Source: the human T2T-CHM13v2.0 reference genome, Homo sapiens. From it: DNA of 64,000 nucleotides. A model generated the notes under the pieces. It saw only the letters and a program-made list of their open reading frames with translations. It made no database searches and was not told the origin of the DNA. Position 1 is the first letter of the stretch. Every line of letters begins with the position of its first letter. The stretch is taken from NCBI RefSeq assembly GCF_009914755.1, contig NC_060948.1. One strand, 5' to 3'. The position numbers were made by a program, and so were the translations under genes. This document shows, piece by piece, positions 24,371-38,977 of this stretch.

Positions 24371-25362
24371 ACTGAAGAGCTTCTGCACAGCAAAAGAAGC
24401 TGCCATCAGAGTGAACAGGCAACCTACAGCATGGGAGAAAATTTTTGCAATCTACTCATCTGACAAAGAGCTAATATCCAGAATCTACAAAGAACTTAAA
24501 CAAATTTACAAGAAAAAAAACAAACAACCCCATCAAAAAGTGGGCAAAGGATATGAACAGACACTTCTCAAAGGAAGACATTTATGCAGCCAAAAAACAC
24601 ATGAAAAAATGCTCATCATCACTGGCCATCAGAGAATGCAAATCAAAACCACAATGAGATACCATCTCATGCCAGTTAGAATGGCAATCATTAAAAAGTC
24701 AGGAAACAACAGATGCTGGAGAGGATGTGGAGAAATAGAAACACTTTTACACTGTTGGTGGGACTGTAATCTAGTTCAACCATTGTGGAAGACAGTGTGG
24801 CGATTCCTCAAGGATCTAGAACTAGAAATACCATTTGACCCAGCGATCCCATTACTGGGTACATACCCAAAGGATTATAAATCATGATACTATGACACAT
24901 GCACATGTATGTTTATTGCGGCACTATTCACAATAGCAAAGACTTGGAACCAACCCAAATGTCCATCAATGATAGAGTGAATTAAGAAAATGTGGCACAT
25001 ATACACCATGGAATACTATGCAGCCATAAAACCGGATAAGTTCATGTCCTTTGCAGGGACATTGATGAATGGAAACCATCATTCTCAGCAAATTATCACA
25101 AGAACCGAAAACCAAACACCGCATGTTCTCACTCATGGGTGGGAATTGAACACTTGGACACAGGGCGGGGAACATCACACATCAGGGTCTGTTGTGGGGT
25201 GTGGGGCTGGGGGAGGGATAGCAGTAGGAGAAATACCTAATGTAAATGATGAGTTTATGGGTTCAGCAAACCAAGATGGCAAATGTATACCTATGTAACA
25301 AACCTGCTCATTGTACACATGTGCCCTAGAACTTAAAGTGTAATAAAAGAGAGAAAAAAAAG
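24371..25362 (+). mobile_element. 5'-truncated L1PA6/7-like 3' fragment
   Basis: ORF2 C-terminal CCHC region ([19 protein letters not shown]); L1PA 3'UTR G-tract, AATAAA and A-tail. Confidence 0.93.
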
Positions 25363-26859
25363 AAATTTTATTATATTTAAATCATTACAACACCTGCTTT
25401 ATGTGTGGTATAAGTTTACTTCTTGACTTCTTCCAATATCAATATTTTGTTCTTGAAAGAAATCAAACATGGGTAGTATTAATAGTCTAGGCTATACTGG
25501 CAGGAAGAAGCCATCTCATTTTCATAGCCTATGATATAACAATGTGAATCCTGCAAATAGGAATATATAAATAAATAGAAAGATTTGTAATTTTAAGTGT
25601 CAAAAAAAGTGGAGAATTTGTGAACAACCATATATCCATTTAAAGCTTTAGTGACTGCATAAGGAATAAATGTACAGTTATAATACAGGATTTAGTAAAC
25701 AACACAAATTGTGTTTTTATTTGGTTATGATTAATATTGACAGGTTTTTACTATATGAAGAACTGACAGGTGCCCAGAAAAGTATCCTCATAATAAAACA
25801 AAATATCAGAAGGACCTACCCAGTATTTGAAGGTCAAATAATAAGCCTTAACTTAAATGATTTTAACAATTTGTGATTTTATTCCTCTGTTCTTTCACAA
25901 GATCGCAGATTCAGAATTTGTTTGTGTTTTTTTTTCTTTCAAACACTAGGGAGTTATTTCCTAAATAATATTTTAAGTGTGCACTTTTAAAGAAGTAATT
26001 GTGTTTGAAAAGGAAAATAAAAACATATGCTTTGCTGTTGTTAAATGAACTTCCTTCTAATCAACTTTTAACAGTGATTCCCATAGAATAAACTCACATA
26101 AAAATTATTTGAGCTTTATGAGTAAAATTTATTCCTAGACTAAAACATATTTCACAGGGAAGCAAAATATAAGACAGAATACGATATTGAGTAAGAAAAT
26201 TTACTACTCTAGTGTTTTATGTATCTCCTCCATTCTCCCTCTGCATGTCTATAAATTGTTTTCTGCTAGTTTATTTGGTTATTGGGTGGTCATTCTAGGA
26301 CATCACACATTTATATTTCTGAAAAAAAAAACTAATATTAGAGAAAGATTTAGGTATATAAAACATTTTTTCTCAATTAATAACTTTGTACACATTTAGA
26401 TAGAAAAACAACTGTTTGTTTTCTGAAATACAAAATAACATTATAGTTGAGAATCTGCTTGCATTAAATTGTATCACTTCACAATGTGTTAAGAGAAGCT
26501 TTAGGATTTGTAATAGTATAGGAATCCCTTACAGAGAGTAAAAGTGGGAATTACAAATGGTAACTAATCACCCACATTTAGAAAACAAGAGTAGAGTTTA
26601 AGCAGTAAAAAGAAAAGATAGCTATATTTTTAGATTTGTCTTTTATCCCTCTATCTATCCTCTGTTGAAGTTCCCTCTTTAATACAATCTGAAAAAAAAC
26701 ACCTGTGGATATAATAAAAGACATGATAAATGAGCAGGTAAAGGTATTAACACTCTCCAAGAAAAGGGCTTGGATACATCAGAGAACAGTCCATTTTGTA
26801 GTTAGCTAGGTGATCTATTGTATTATTTTTTGTTTCTAATTTGGTCTTGAGATCTTCAT

Positions 26860-27267
26860 AACAAGAGTGTCTACAAACTCTAGACTTAACTTATGGGACT
26901 CCAGGGCACTCATCAAGCAGGTATCCTGCAAGAAGTTCTAACTGGTGGGTTTAGAGCAAGCAGGTTCCATGGAATCACACTGTGACTGCGAGGTAGTAAC
27001 TTTGGCATACCTGCACAATCCATATGGGGTAAAGGAGTCAGTGGGGTGAGTCAAATAAGTTGTATTTAACTGTTCCACAGGGATGTGGGACACCAGGAGG
27101 TGGTTGTACAAGGCAAATATCTGGGTCGACTACACTGAGGAACTGGGAGGAGGTGGAGAACTAGAAAGTTTGTCAAGGGCAATTAAGCTTTCTGGTATGA
27201 GAAAGCCCAACTTCTATTCAAAATGGATGCTGAAGCAAAACAAAATTATAGGACTTAATTACTGCTA
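26860..27267 (-). mobile_element. Probable ERVL-class solo LTR (LTR47-like)
   Basis: Reverse complement begins ...TATAATTTTGTTTTGCTTCAGCATCCATTTTGAATAGAAGTTGGGCTTTCTCATACCAGAA, resembling the recalled LTR47 5' end. Confidence 0.5.
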
Positions 27268-27379
27268 TAATAAAGATAAACTGCATCTATAGCCAGTCCT
27301 TATTTTCAGGGAAGCAGAGGTGGTGTGGAAGGAGAGGGCATAAGGACTGAATAAAGAGTGATTTTAAAGAGAATATCCA

Positions 27380-27670
27380 CAGAGCTTGAGGGTAAAAAAT
27401 TTGCTTCAGAAATTTAACCCTGATTGAGAGAATGTTAATGCCTTTTGTTGAATCAATGAACTTGGGAAATAGGCCAATATTTTTAAGAGAGGTGAGCAGG
27501 TTATGAACCTCATTGTAGGTAAATTGAATGAAGTGGTAATTAAACTTCCACATGATAATACTGTCAACATGTAGAGATATGAAACTAGAGTTAAAACTAG
27601 AGGTGGTATAACCAAACATATGAGGTGTCCACATAGAGGTAGTAGTTGAAGCTACAATATATGATCATTT
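27380..27670 (-). mobile_element. L2 fragment
   Basis: GAGAATGTTAATGCCTTTT...TGAAGTGG...ATAGAGGTAGTAGTTGAAGCTA, typical decayed L2. Confidence 0.5.
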
Positions 27671-27846
27671 TATCCACCCCCAAAATGGAGATTAGTAGAA
27701 CCAAATGAATTATATACCAAATATATTTGCTAAGAAGGAGTTATGAATTAATGTTTGGGAAATTGCTATTTATATTTATTTACTTTTACCATGAGTATAT
27801 ATTGATAGGGAGTGATCGAATGATAAAATTAAACATGACTTAATTT

Positions 27847-28877
27847 CTAGATTTCAGAGAATGTAAGAAAATGCCTGGATGTCCAGGCAGAAGTTTGCTG
27901 CAGGGATCTCTTTTAGGGCAGTGCAAAAGGGAAATGTGGTGTGGGAGCTCCCACACAAAGTCCCCACTAGGCAGCACTGCCTAGTGGAGCTGTTAGAAGA
28001 GGGACACCATATGCCAGACCCCAGAATGGTAGATCCATTGACAGCTTGCACCATGTGCCTGGAAAAGCCACAGACACTCAAAGCCAGCCTGTGAAAGCAG
28101 CCAGAAGCAGGGGGGATGTACTTTGCAAGGTCACAGGGATGAAGGTGCCCAAGGCCATGGGAACCCACCTCTTACATCAGTTTGACCTGGATGTGAGACA
28201 TGGAGCCAAAGGAGATCATTTTGGAGCTTTAAGATTTGACTGCCCCACTGGATTTCGGACTTGCATGGGGCATGTAGCCCCTTCATTTTGGCCAATTTCT
28301 TCTATTTTGAATGAGTGCATTTACCCAATACCTGTACTCCCATTGCATTTAGAAAGTAATACTCAGAAGGGACTTGGCGTGTCTCAGATGAGACTTTGGA
28401 CTGTGGAGTTTTGAGTTAATGCTGAAATGAGTTAAGACTTTGGGGGACTGTCGGGAAGGCATCATTGGTTTTTAAATGTGAGGGCATAAGATTTGGGAGG
28501 GCTTGGGGGCAGAATGATAGGGTTTGGCTGTGTCCCCACCCAAATTTCATGTAAAATTGTAGCTCCTATAATTCCCACGTCCTGGGAGGGACCCAGTGGG
28601 AGGTAATCGAATCATGCGCGTGGATATTTCCCATGCTGTTCTTGTGATAGTAAATAAGTCTCCCAAGAGCTGAATGTTTTATAAAGGGGAGTTCCCCTAC
28701 ACAAGCTCTTTTTGCCTGCCACCATGTAAGACATGACATTGCTCCTGCTTTATTTTCCACCATGATTGTGGGGCCTCCCCAGCCATGTGGAACTGTGAAT
28801 CCATTAAACCTCTTTCCTTTATAAATTACCTTGTCTCAGGTATGTCTTTATGAGCAGTGTAAGAACAGACTAGTACA
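27847..28877 (+). mobile_element. THE1 (THE1C-like): 3' internal portion plus 3' LTR (28515-28877); 5' half missing
   Basis: THE1-int motifs (GATTTCAGAG...GCAGAAGTTTGCTGCAGGG); purine tract then TGATAGGGTTTGGCTGTGTCCCC...GAACAGACTAGTACA. Confidence 0.92.
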
Positions 28878-29069
28878 CCCTTGATCCAGTTTAATATCTT
28901 TATTTTATAGCTGCAGATACTGAGTCATAAAAGAGAAATTTACCTACATAAAGTCATAAATATATTAGATGAATTTAATAGGACAAATAAGAATTATAAG
29001 ACTATGTTCGAGATGGTTCAAGGCTATTTTCCTAAGTATCTGTACATCTGTGTTCACACATGCAAGAGT

Positions 29070-29935
29070 GGTGGAGAGTATAAAATCTTGAAACAGACCT
29101 ACTGTGTTCAAATCCAGGATCCATGACTTTGTCAGTCAGGGTTCTATTAGAAAACAAAACCAAGGTTAGATTGAAAGATATGGATGATAGGTAGGAATAG
29201 ATAATAGAGAGAGAGAGATCAATAGATAGATAGACAGTTGGTGGATCTGTTAAAGTATTAATTTTACAATTGTGGGAGCAGGCTATTCTTGCAGCTGATG
29301 CAAGAGCTTGAATCCACAGGATAAGCAGCAGGGAAAGAAAGATAGATGTAAGAAAGATAGATGTCCCAGGAAAAAATTGGGACAGTATGAGGGCAGACTG
29401 AAACCCATGTAAGTCCTCATTGTCTCTGACCTTGATAATGTAGATGTCACACAGAAGCCAGGGCTCTTTGTCATGGAGATAAACATATCACATAGGTTAG
29501 GATTTGGAAAAGTCAAAGGAAAATCCAGGAAATGCTGGAGCCCTTACAGGCTAACTACTGCTTCATGCTAACAAAGTGAGTTTGCAGATCAGCAACAATA
29601 TGTGTAAGAGACAAAACAGCTGCTATTTCCCATCCTTTTTCTAAATCTCTAAAGAATCTCACTTGTGGTCCACTCCATCCAGCAACATAGAGCAAATAAA
29701 TTTATTAGAAATAGAATTCAACCTAGCCAAGTTGGCACATTAGAAAGCCACCACAAAGACTTATAAGCTATGGGTTTTACAGCAAATTAATTAATTTTAA
29801 TATCCTAATCCTTAAAATATTAATAGTAATGATATCAATCACATAGGGTTGTTACAAATGATCAAATGAAATAAGTATGTAAAGAGTATAACACACACGG
29901 TCCCTAGAATATTGTTTATACTACATACATATTAA
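29070..29935 (+). mobile_element. MIR split by an LTR insertion
   Basis: MIR 5' part (GTTCAAATCC...) before 29130 and 3' part (CACATAGGGTTGTT...ATCAAATGAAATAA) after 29758. Confidence 0.55.
29130..29755 (-). mobile_element. Old ERVL/MaLR solo LTR (MLT2-like)
   Basis: TGTCAGTCAGGGTTC...AGAT/AG-rich tract...CTAGCCAAGTTGGCACA...CCACCACA termini; GACTT near both flanks. Confidence 0.6.
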
Positions 29936-30474
29936 CATAGAGGGTCACAAATTTACTATTACCTAAAAATTTATCTTTGCACTTTCTCTGTAATCAACTC
30001 TAATTTCACTTTCTGCTCGCATAGATGAATACCCTGGTTTTTAGCTAAAATTTTATAGTTAGAAAGACAAAAAGAAAAACATATTAATCCTTTTCAAATT
30101 ATTACCTTATTTTATTTACTTTTTATTAATCATCATTTTATATTACTGCTCTTGCTGTGTGTTATTATGTTGTCATTGTTCTTGTTATTGCCTGAAATGT
30201 CTTCTCTGTTTTTCTGTATTCTCAAAACCTTCCCATTTTTTACATCATCTCTTTCTACTTCTAATGCAGCTTTTCTTCACTGAACTTCCACTTTTCTGAA
30301 CTCATAATCTATATTTATAATGCTTGTCATGCATTATTTCTCCTACACAAATTAGCACTTAGTTGTACACATTCATATATAATTAATTAAGTGACTTGTA
30401 TATATTATTGTTGGATCTTTAACTGAGTTCTAAGTTTCTGGAGGGCAGAAGAAAGTCTAAGATTGCTAGTATTT

Positions 30475-33400
30475 GGGAGGAGGGGCCAAGATGGCCTACT
30501 AAAACAGCTGCCATCTGAGGCTCCCAGCAAGAAGAAGAAAAAGGTGAGTGAATCATGCATCGTCAATTGAGGTATTCAGGTTCTATCATTGGGACTGACT
30601 AGGCAGTTGGTGCAACCAATGGAGAGTAAGGAAAAGCAGGGTGGTACTACGGCTCACCTGGGAACCCACACGGGAAAAGGGGAACTCCCACCCCAGCCAA
30701 GGGAGGCAATGAGTGATTGTGCTACCCTATCTTGGAAACCACACTTTTTTCACAGATTTGTGCAACCCATGGAACAGGAGATCCCTCTCGTGAGCCCACG
30801 CCACCAGGGCTTTGGGTCCCAAGCACAGAGTGGTGCAGATTCTCAGCAGCCACTTGGCTGGAGACTGCCTAAGACTGCTGAGTTCCTGAGGGGAAGGGTG
30901 GCCATTATCGCTGCAGCTGCCTGCTGCCTAAGAAGACTGAGGATCCAGAGAGAGCAGAGGCAGCCATTGCTGCAGTTCCAGTCTGCCACTAGTCTCCTGC
31001 TGGTGCCAGGGAGATTGGACAGTTTGGACCTAGGAGGAATTCCTCACAGTGTAGCACAGCAGCTGTGGAAGATTGTGACAAGACTGTCTCTTTAGGCAAG
31101 ACAGTGACCAATCCCTCCTCACTGGGCGGGGACTCCCTGCAGGAATTTCAGCAAACTCCAGTCAGGGGGTTTAGGGACAGAACTCTCATCTCCCTAGGAC
31201 TGAGCCCCTGCGGGGAGTGGTGGCTGTGGTCTCTATGGATCAGCAGAGTTAGTCTTTCCTCCTGCTGGCTCTGAGGAATCCCAGCAGTCCAGACAAGTGG
31301 GAATCCGCTTGGGGTGCACAGTGCACCCCCTCCACCAAGGAACAGCCAGAGTGCTTCATTAAGCGGGTCCTGAATCCTGTGCCTCCTGACTCAGTGACCC
31401 CCAATAAGAGTCATCAAACATATTATACAGGAGAGTTCCACTGGCATCAGATCGGTGCCCTTCTGGGACACAAATCCAACAGGAAGCAGAAGGCAGCCAT
31501 CTTTGCTGATCTGCCCCCTCCACGGGTGACACCTACAGGTGCAGGAGGGACCCAGACTATAGGGTCTGTAGTGGACCCCCAACAAACCACAGCAGCCCTA
31601 TGGAAAACTGGCGTGACCATTAAAAGAAAAACAAACAAACAGAAAGCAACAACAATAGCATCAACAGAAAAGTCCCCACCCAAAACCCTATCTAAAGGTC
31701 AGCAGCCTCAATCACCAAAGCTACATAAACTCATGACTATGAGAAACAATGAATGAGAAAACATTGCAAACTCAAAAATCCAGAGTCTCTCTTACAAATG
31801 ATCGCAGCACCTCTCCGCAAGGGCACAGAACTGGGCAGATGCTGAGACGGATGAATTGACAGAAGTAGGATTCAGAAGGTGGGTAGTAACAAACTTCACT
31901 GAGCTAAAGGAGTGTGTTATAACCCAATGCAAAGAAGCCAAGAACCATGATAAAACATTACAGGAGCTGTTAACCAGAATAACCAGTTTAGAGAGGACAA
32001 CAAATGACCTGATAAAGCTGAAAAACACAACACAAGAACTTCACAATGCAACTACAAGTATCAATAACCAGATAGAACCAGCAGACGAAAGAATTTCAGA
32101 GTTTGAAGACTATCTTGCTGAAATAAGACAGGCAGACAGATTAGAGAAGAATGAAAAGGGGTGAACAAAACCTTCAAGAACTATGAGATTATGTAAAAAG
32201 ACTGAACCTATAAATGATTGGGGTACCTGAAAAAGATGTGAAGAACAGAACTAAGTTGAAAAACATAATTTAGGATATCATACAGTAGAACTTCCTCAAC
32301 CTAATAAGACAGGCCAACATTCAAATTCAGGAAATCCAGAGAACCCCAATAAGATATTCCATGAGAAGATCAACCCCAAGACACATAATCATCAGATTCT
32401 CCAAGGTCAAAATTAATAAAAAAATGTTAAGGGCAGCCAGAGAGAAAGGCCAGATCACCTACGAAGGAAAACCCATAAGACCAACACCAGAACTCTCAGC
32501 AGAAACCCTACAACCAGAAGAGATTGGAGGCCAGTAATCCACGTTCTTAAAAGAATTTCCAATTCAGAATTTCATATCCTGCCAAACTAAGATTCATACG
32601 TGAAAAAGAAATAAAATTCTTTTTGGAAAAGCAAATGTTGAGGGAATTTGTCACCACCAGGCCTGCCTTGCAAGAGCTCCTGAAGAAAGCACTAAATATT
32701 GAAAGGAAAATCCATTACCAGCCAATGCAAAAACACACTGAACTAAAAAGACCAATGGCACTATGAAGCAACTATATTAAAAAGTGCAAAATAACCAACT
32801 AGCATCATGATGACAGGATCAAATTCACATATGACTATCTTAACCTTAAATGTAAATGGGCTAAATGACCCAATTAAAAACACAGAATGGCAAGATGGCA
32901 AGATGTATGGAGTCAAAACCCATTAGTGTGCTGTATTCAACAGACATATCTCATGTACAAAGACACATATAAGCTCAAAATATAGGGATGGGTGAAATTT
33001 ACCAAGCAAATGGAAAGCAGAAAGAGCAGTGGTTGCAATCCTAGCTTCTGAAAAAACAGACTTTAAACTAACAAAGATCAGAAAAGACAAGGGCATTACA
33101 TAATGGTAAAGGGAACCATACAACAAGAAGAGCTAACTATCCTAAATATATATGCACCCAGTATAAGAGCACCCAGATTCTCAAAACAAGTTCTTAGAGA
33201 CCTACAAAAAGACTTAGATTCCCACACAATAATATTAGGAGACTTTAACACCCCACTGTCAATAGCAGATAATTGAGATAAAAAATATACAAGAATATTC
33301 AGGTCTTGACTTCAAGTGGACCTGACAGATATCCACAGAACTCTCCACACAAAAACAACAGAATATACATTATTCTCCATGCCACATGGTACTTACACTA

Positions 33401-36400
33401 AAATCACATAATGGGAAGTAAAACACTCCTGAGCAAAAGAAAAAGATCTGAAATCATAACCAACAGTCTCTCAGAAAATAGTGCAATCAAATTAGAACTC
33501 CAGATTAAGAAACTCACTCAAAACCATACAACTACGTGGAAATTGAACAACCTGCTCCTAAGTGAGTCCTGGGTAAATAATGAAATTAAGGCAGAAATCA
33601 AGAAGCTATTTGAAACCAATAAGAACAAAAAGTCAACACACCAGAATCTCTAGGACACAGCTAAAGCAGCGTTAAGAGGAAATTTATAGCACTAAATGCC
33701 CAATCAAAAAGCTAGAAAGACCTCACTCAAATCTACCCCCTACATCACAATTAATAGAACTAGAGAACTAAGAGAGAGAAAAAAAAACAACACTAGCAGA
33801 AGATAAAAAATAATCAAGATCAAAGCAGAACTGAAGGAAATAGAGACAAGAAAAAAATCTTAAAAAAAAAATCAATGAATGCAGGAGCTGGTTTTTGAAA
33901 AAATTAATGAACTAGATAGACCACTAGCTAGACAAATAAAGAAGAAAAGAGAGAAGAATCAAACAGACAAAAAAATTATAAAGGGGATATCACCACTGCC
34001 CCACAGAAATACAAAGTGCAATTAGATAATATTATAAACATTTCCATGCAAACAAACTAGAAAATCCAGAAGTAAGTGGATAAATGCCTGGACACACACA
34101 ACCTCCCAAGACAGAACCAGGAAGAAATTGAATCTCTGAATAGACCAATAACAAGCTCTGAAATTGAAGCAATAATAAATAGCCTACCAACTAAAAAAAG
34201 CCCAGGAACAGAGAGATTTACAGCCGAATTTTACCAGAGATACAAAGAGAAATTGGTACAATTCTTTCTAAAACTATTCCAAACAATTGAAAAGGATAGA
34301 TTTCTCCCTAACTTATTTTATGAGGCCAGATTCATCCTGATACCAAAACCTGGCAGAGATACCATAAGAAAACAAAACTTCAGGCCAACAATCCTGATGA
34401 ACATCGATGCAAAAATTCTTAATAAAATACTCACAAACTGAATGCAGCAGCACATCAAAAAGTTTATCCACCGCAAGCAAGTTGGCTTCATTCTCATGAT
34501 GCAAGACTGGTACAACATACACAAATCAATAAATGTAATTCACCAAATAAACAGATCTAAAGACACAAACCATGTGATTATCTCAGTAGATTCAAAAAGG
34601 GCTTTTGACATAATTTAACATCCCTTCATGTTAAAAATTCTGTATAAACTAGATATTGATGGTACATGCCTCAAAATAACAAAAGCAATTTTTGGCAAAC
34701 CCACAACCAATATCATGCTGAATGGGCAAAAGCTGGAACCATTCCCTTTGAAAACCGGCACAAGACAAGGATGCCCTCTGTCACCACTCCTATTCAACAT
34801 AGTATTGAAAATTCTGGCCAGGGCAATCAGGCAAGAGAAAGAAATAAATGTTCAAATAGTAAGAAAGGAAGTCAAACTGTCTCTGTTTGCAGATGACATG
34901 ATCCTTTATTTAGAAAATCCTATAGTCTCAGCCCAAAAGCTTCTTAAGCTGCTAAGCAACTTCAGCAGTATCAGGATACAAAATCAATGTGCAAAAATCA
35001 CAAGCATTCCTATACTCCAATGATAGACAAGCAAAGAGTCAAATCATAAAGGAACTCCCAATTACTAAAAAGAGAATAAAAAATCTAGGAATACAGCTGA
35101 CAGGGAAAGTTAAAGACCTCTTAAAAGAGAACTAGAAACCACTTCTCGAGGAAATTAGAGAAGACACAAACAAATGGAAAAACAGTCCATGCTCATAGAT
35201 AGGAAGAATCAATATTGTGAAAATGGCTATACTGCCCAAGTAATTTATAGATTCAAAGCTATTCTCATTAAACTACCATTGACATTCTTCACAGAATTAG
35301 AAAAAAGTACTTTAAAGTTTATATTGAACCAAAAAGGAGTCCATGTAAGTGAAGACAATCCTAAGCAAAAAGAATCAACCTAGAGACACCACACTACTCA
35401 ACTTCAAACTATACTACAAGACCACAGTAACCAAAACAGCATGGTACTGTTGCACCATGTACAGGTACAAAAAAGACACATAGACCAATGAAACAGAATA
35501 CAGAACTCAGAAATAAGACCACACATCTACAACCTCTGATCTTCGAGAAACCTGACAAAAACAAGCAATGGGGAAAGGATTCCCTATTTAATAAATGGTG
35601 GTGGGAAAATTGGCTAGCCTTATGCAGAAAATAGAAACTGGACCCCTTCCTTATACCTTGTAAAAAATAAATCAAGGTGGATTAAAGACTTATATGTAAA
35701 ACCCAAAACTATAAAAACCCTAGACAAAAATGTAGGCAATAGCATTTAGGACATAAGTACAAGCAAACATTTCATGAAAAAAACGTCAAAAGCAATTGCA
35801 ACAAAAGCAAAAAATGGCAAATGGCATCTAATTAAACTAATGAGCTTCTACAGAGCAAAAGAAACTGCCATCAGAGTGAACAGACAACCTACAGAATGGG
35901 AGAAAGTTTTTGCAATGTATCCATCTGACAAAGGTCTAATATCCACAATCTGCAAAGACCTTAAACAAATTTACAAGAAGAAAACAAGCAACCCCATTAA
36001 AAAGTGGGCAAAGAACACGAACAAACACTTCTCAAAAGAAGACATTTATGTAGCCAACAAACGTATCAAAAAAGCTCAACATCTGTGATCATTAGAGAAA
36101 TGCACATCAAAACTACAATGTGATACCATCTCACACCAGTCAGAATGGCAATCACTAAAAAGTCAAGAAACAAACAGATGCTGGCGAGTCTATGGAGAAA
36201 TAGGAAGACTTTGACACTGTTGGTGGGAATGTAAATTATTTAAACCATTGTGGTAGACACCGTGGCAATTCCTCAAAGTCCTAGAACCAGAAATACCATT
36301 TGACCCAGCAACCCCATTACTGGGTATATTGTCAAAGGTATATGAATCATTCTGTTATAAAGATACATGCATGCATATCTTCATTGCAGCATTAATCCCA

Positions 36401-36858
36401 ATAGAAAAGACATGGAATCAACCCAAATGCCCATCAGTGATAGACTGGATAATGAAAATGTGGTACATATTCACAATGGAATATTATGCAGCCATAAAGA
36501 GAAACAACATCATACTTTTTGCAGGGACATAGATGGAGCTGGAAGCCATAATTGTCAGCAAACTAACACAGGAACACAAAACCAAACACCACATGTTCTC
36601 ACTTATAAGTGGAAGCTGAACAATGAGAACAGATGGACACAGTTAGGGGCATAACACACTCACACTGGGGCCTGTTGGAGGCGGAGGGAGGGAGAGCATC
36701 AGGATAAATAGCTAATGCATATGGAGCTTAATGCCTAGATGATGGGTCGATAGGTGCAGCAAACCACAATGGCACATGTTTCCCTATGTAAAAAACCTGC
36801 ACGTCCTGCATATGTATCCCAGAACTTACAATAAAATAAAATTAAGTAAAAAAATTAA
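30475..36858 (+). mobile_element. Full-length L1PA10/11-like element, inactivated
   Basis: 5' GGGAGGAGGGGCCAAGATGGC; ORF1 from ~31739; ORF2 from ~32807 ([11 protein letters not shown] motif) with many stops and frameshifts; L1PA11-type 3'UTR; decayed TSD AAGATTGCTAGTATTT / AAAATTGCAGGTGTTT. Confidence 0.95.
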
Positions 36859-37484
36859 AAAATTGCAGGTGTTTTTATTCAATAATTGAGGAATGTTAAT
36901 TTGCTGAGTGGGGTGAAAATGTGTTCTGATAGAGCAGGCAGTAGAATGAAAATTCAGAATATGACAAAAACAATTTCTTAATATTCCAATTGGAATTCAA
37001 GTGTTATAATGAATTGTGAAAATGAACAATATAATCAGAATATCATGCCTCTGTGAGATAAAGCTGTTCATTTAATAGAAAACAAGAAGCTTCTAAGTAA
37101 CACATTCTAAGGCAACAACCATGTATAGGTCAAAAGTGCCAGAAGAAGACTAATATTTTATTGTTATTTAGAAATGCTTTAAAAAGGTTAGGTTGCATTT
37201 AAATATTTCATTTTAATTGGCTCTGAAAATATACATATTATATTATATAATAACGTAACAATTTATTTGGGGGTTGAAGTTTTATAGAAGAGATAAATAA
37301 GACAAAATACAAATATTTAAAATAAATGGTTAGTTTTTAAAGGTCTGAGATGTGGCAGAGCAAGTAAACTGCTGCACTAGGAAAATTCATAATGCTCTCG
37401 ATGCCGCTTAAACTTTGTATCTCTTAAATCACAAACTTTCGGTTTCATAGATACATATAACTCATGGTTCATGTAGTGTAAATT

Positions 37485-37663
37485 ACTATATTTAATTATC
37501 TCTAAAACACTATTGACTATAATATGCACCACTATTTTATGTACTGCTAAGAATAAGAAAGCATTGCCAATTATAATTGGAATCTCATTGACTGTAAATA
37601 TATTCCTATTTCGGAGATAATAAAAGTATGAAAAACGTGTCTTGGAATCAATAAAATAAGGTA
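37485..37663. mobile_element. Tc2-type MITE (MER104/Kanga-like)
   Basis: Ends ...CGTGTCTTGGAATCAATAAAATAAGG-TA, the decayed TIR of this family. Confidence 0.5.
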
Positions 37664-38687
37664 TGTTTCAACTTCTTACTTTAATTTAAAGGAAATCAAA
37701 ATTTCTGTTACTTAGCACTCTCAATTATTCACATTACTCTTTAAACTCTTCCAGCAATAGAAGAATCTTATGACTTCCACAGACTTACAGTAAAATATAC
37801 AGTGATTAATATTTTACTTTAAATTCCTTTCTTTTTCTGACTATAAACTCAAATATCTCTATTTTTTCATTTCTATTCAGAAGACACTTTTGAAGTGTGG
37901 TCTAAGAAGAAGGAGAATAATTGTTCAATCTCACTCCTGACAGTGACTTCCTCTAAGGGCAAGTATGCTATGGCTCATCACTTAATCTTCATGTTGCAGA
38001 TTCTCTCTGTAAGAATAAAACAATACATGTCATTATAGTCTATCCATTACTTTGAGAAGGAATAAACAATCTCTACTTATTTTTCTAATTATGATATTTA
38101 TAATTCCAAAAATATGGCATTTAAGCAGGGTGAAATCCGTTTTAATGGTGAATTGTATCAGACCCTGAAGGTATCACAAAACAGAGGTTGAAAGTGTACA
38201 GCAACTGATTCCAGCATAAACATGTATTTGGCTATGTTTGAGCATACTCACCTTCCATCAAATTTCAATGTACCTCCATCTATGCAATACTTTTAAAGCT
38301 GAAAAATTATGCACCTATAAATGAAGCTGTCATTTTAAAAATTTAAGCACATAATGGCTATAAAACACTTTCTTTGGGAGGATTAAAAACTTCATCAATT
38401 TTCTCAGCTCTTTATTAATCAAATGTTTCTTATTTTTTGAAAAAATATTTCTGTGACCATGGCTCATATTGAGCAGAAGTAAGATTTCAAGATACCCAAC
38501 AAATCAGTTCCCATTCTCCTTCTTGCTAAAAATAAAATTTTGAAAACATTATTTTTTCTAGACATTCCCTCACTACCTTCCATAATTTATCTAACTGTAT
38601 CATTACCAGAAATCAATGATTCATTCTTTTGACAAGCCCATTTCATTTTTTACATAATTACTTTACCATATCATTATAAAAACTTAC

Positions 38688-38977
38688 TTTTTATTTTTGA
38701 GACCGAGTCTCGCTCTGTCGCCCAGGCTGGAGTGCAGTGGTGCGATCTCACTGCAATCTCCACCTCCCTGGTTCCAAGAGATTCTCCTGCCTCAGCCTCC
38801 TGAGTAGCTGGGATCACAGGCTCCCACCACCACACCCGGCTAATTTTTTGTATTTTTAGTAGAGACAGGGTTTTACCTTGTTGGCTAGCCTGGTCTCGAA
38901 CTCCTGACCTCAGGTGATCCGCCCTCTTCACCCTCCCAAAGTGCTGGGATTACAGGCGTGAGCCCCCATGCCCGGCC
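38688..38977 (-). mobile_element. AluS (Sx/Sz-like)
   Basis: Complete antisense dimer ending GCCCGGCC; ACTTTTT on both flanks. Confidence 0.95.

Noticed and set aside
27854-28414. 100-120 aa ORFs in THE1 internal regions (also 58178-59009)
   Set aside because: These are fragmented frames of non-autonomous MaLR internal sequence.
30475-36858. Retrotransposition-competent full-length L1
   Set aside because: Both ORFs have many stops and frameshifts, the 5'UTR is CpG-depleted and the TSD is decayed.
37860-38015. Plus-strand exon after TTTTTTCATTTCTATTCAG
   Set aside because: The acceptor is good but only weak donors follow (GG/GCAAGT, CT/GTAAGA), and the peptide is not recognisable.
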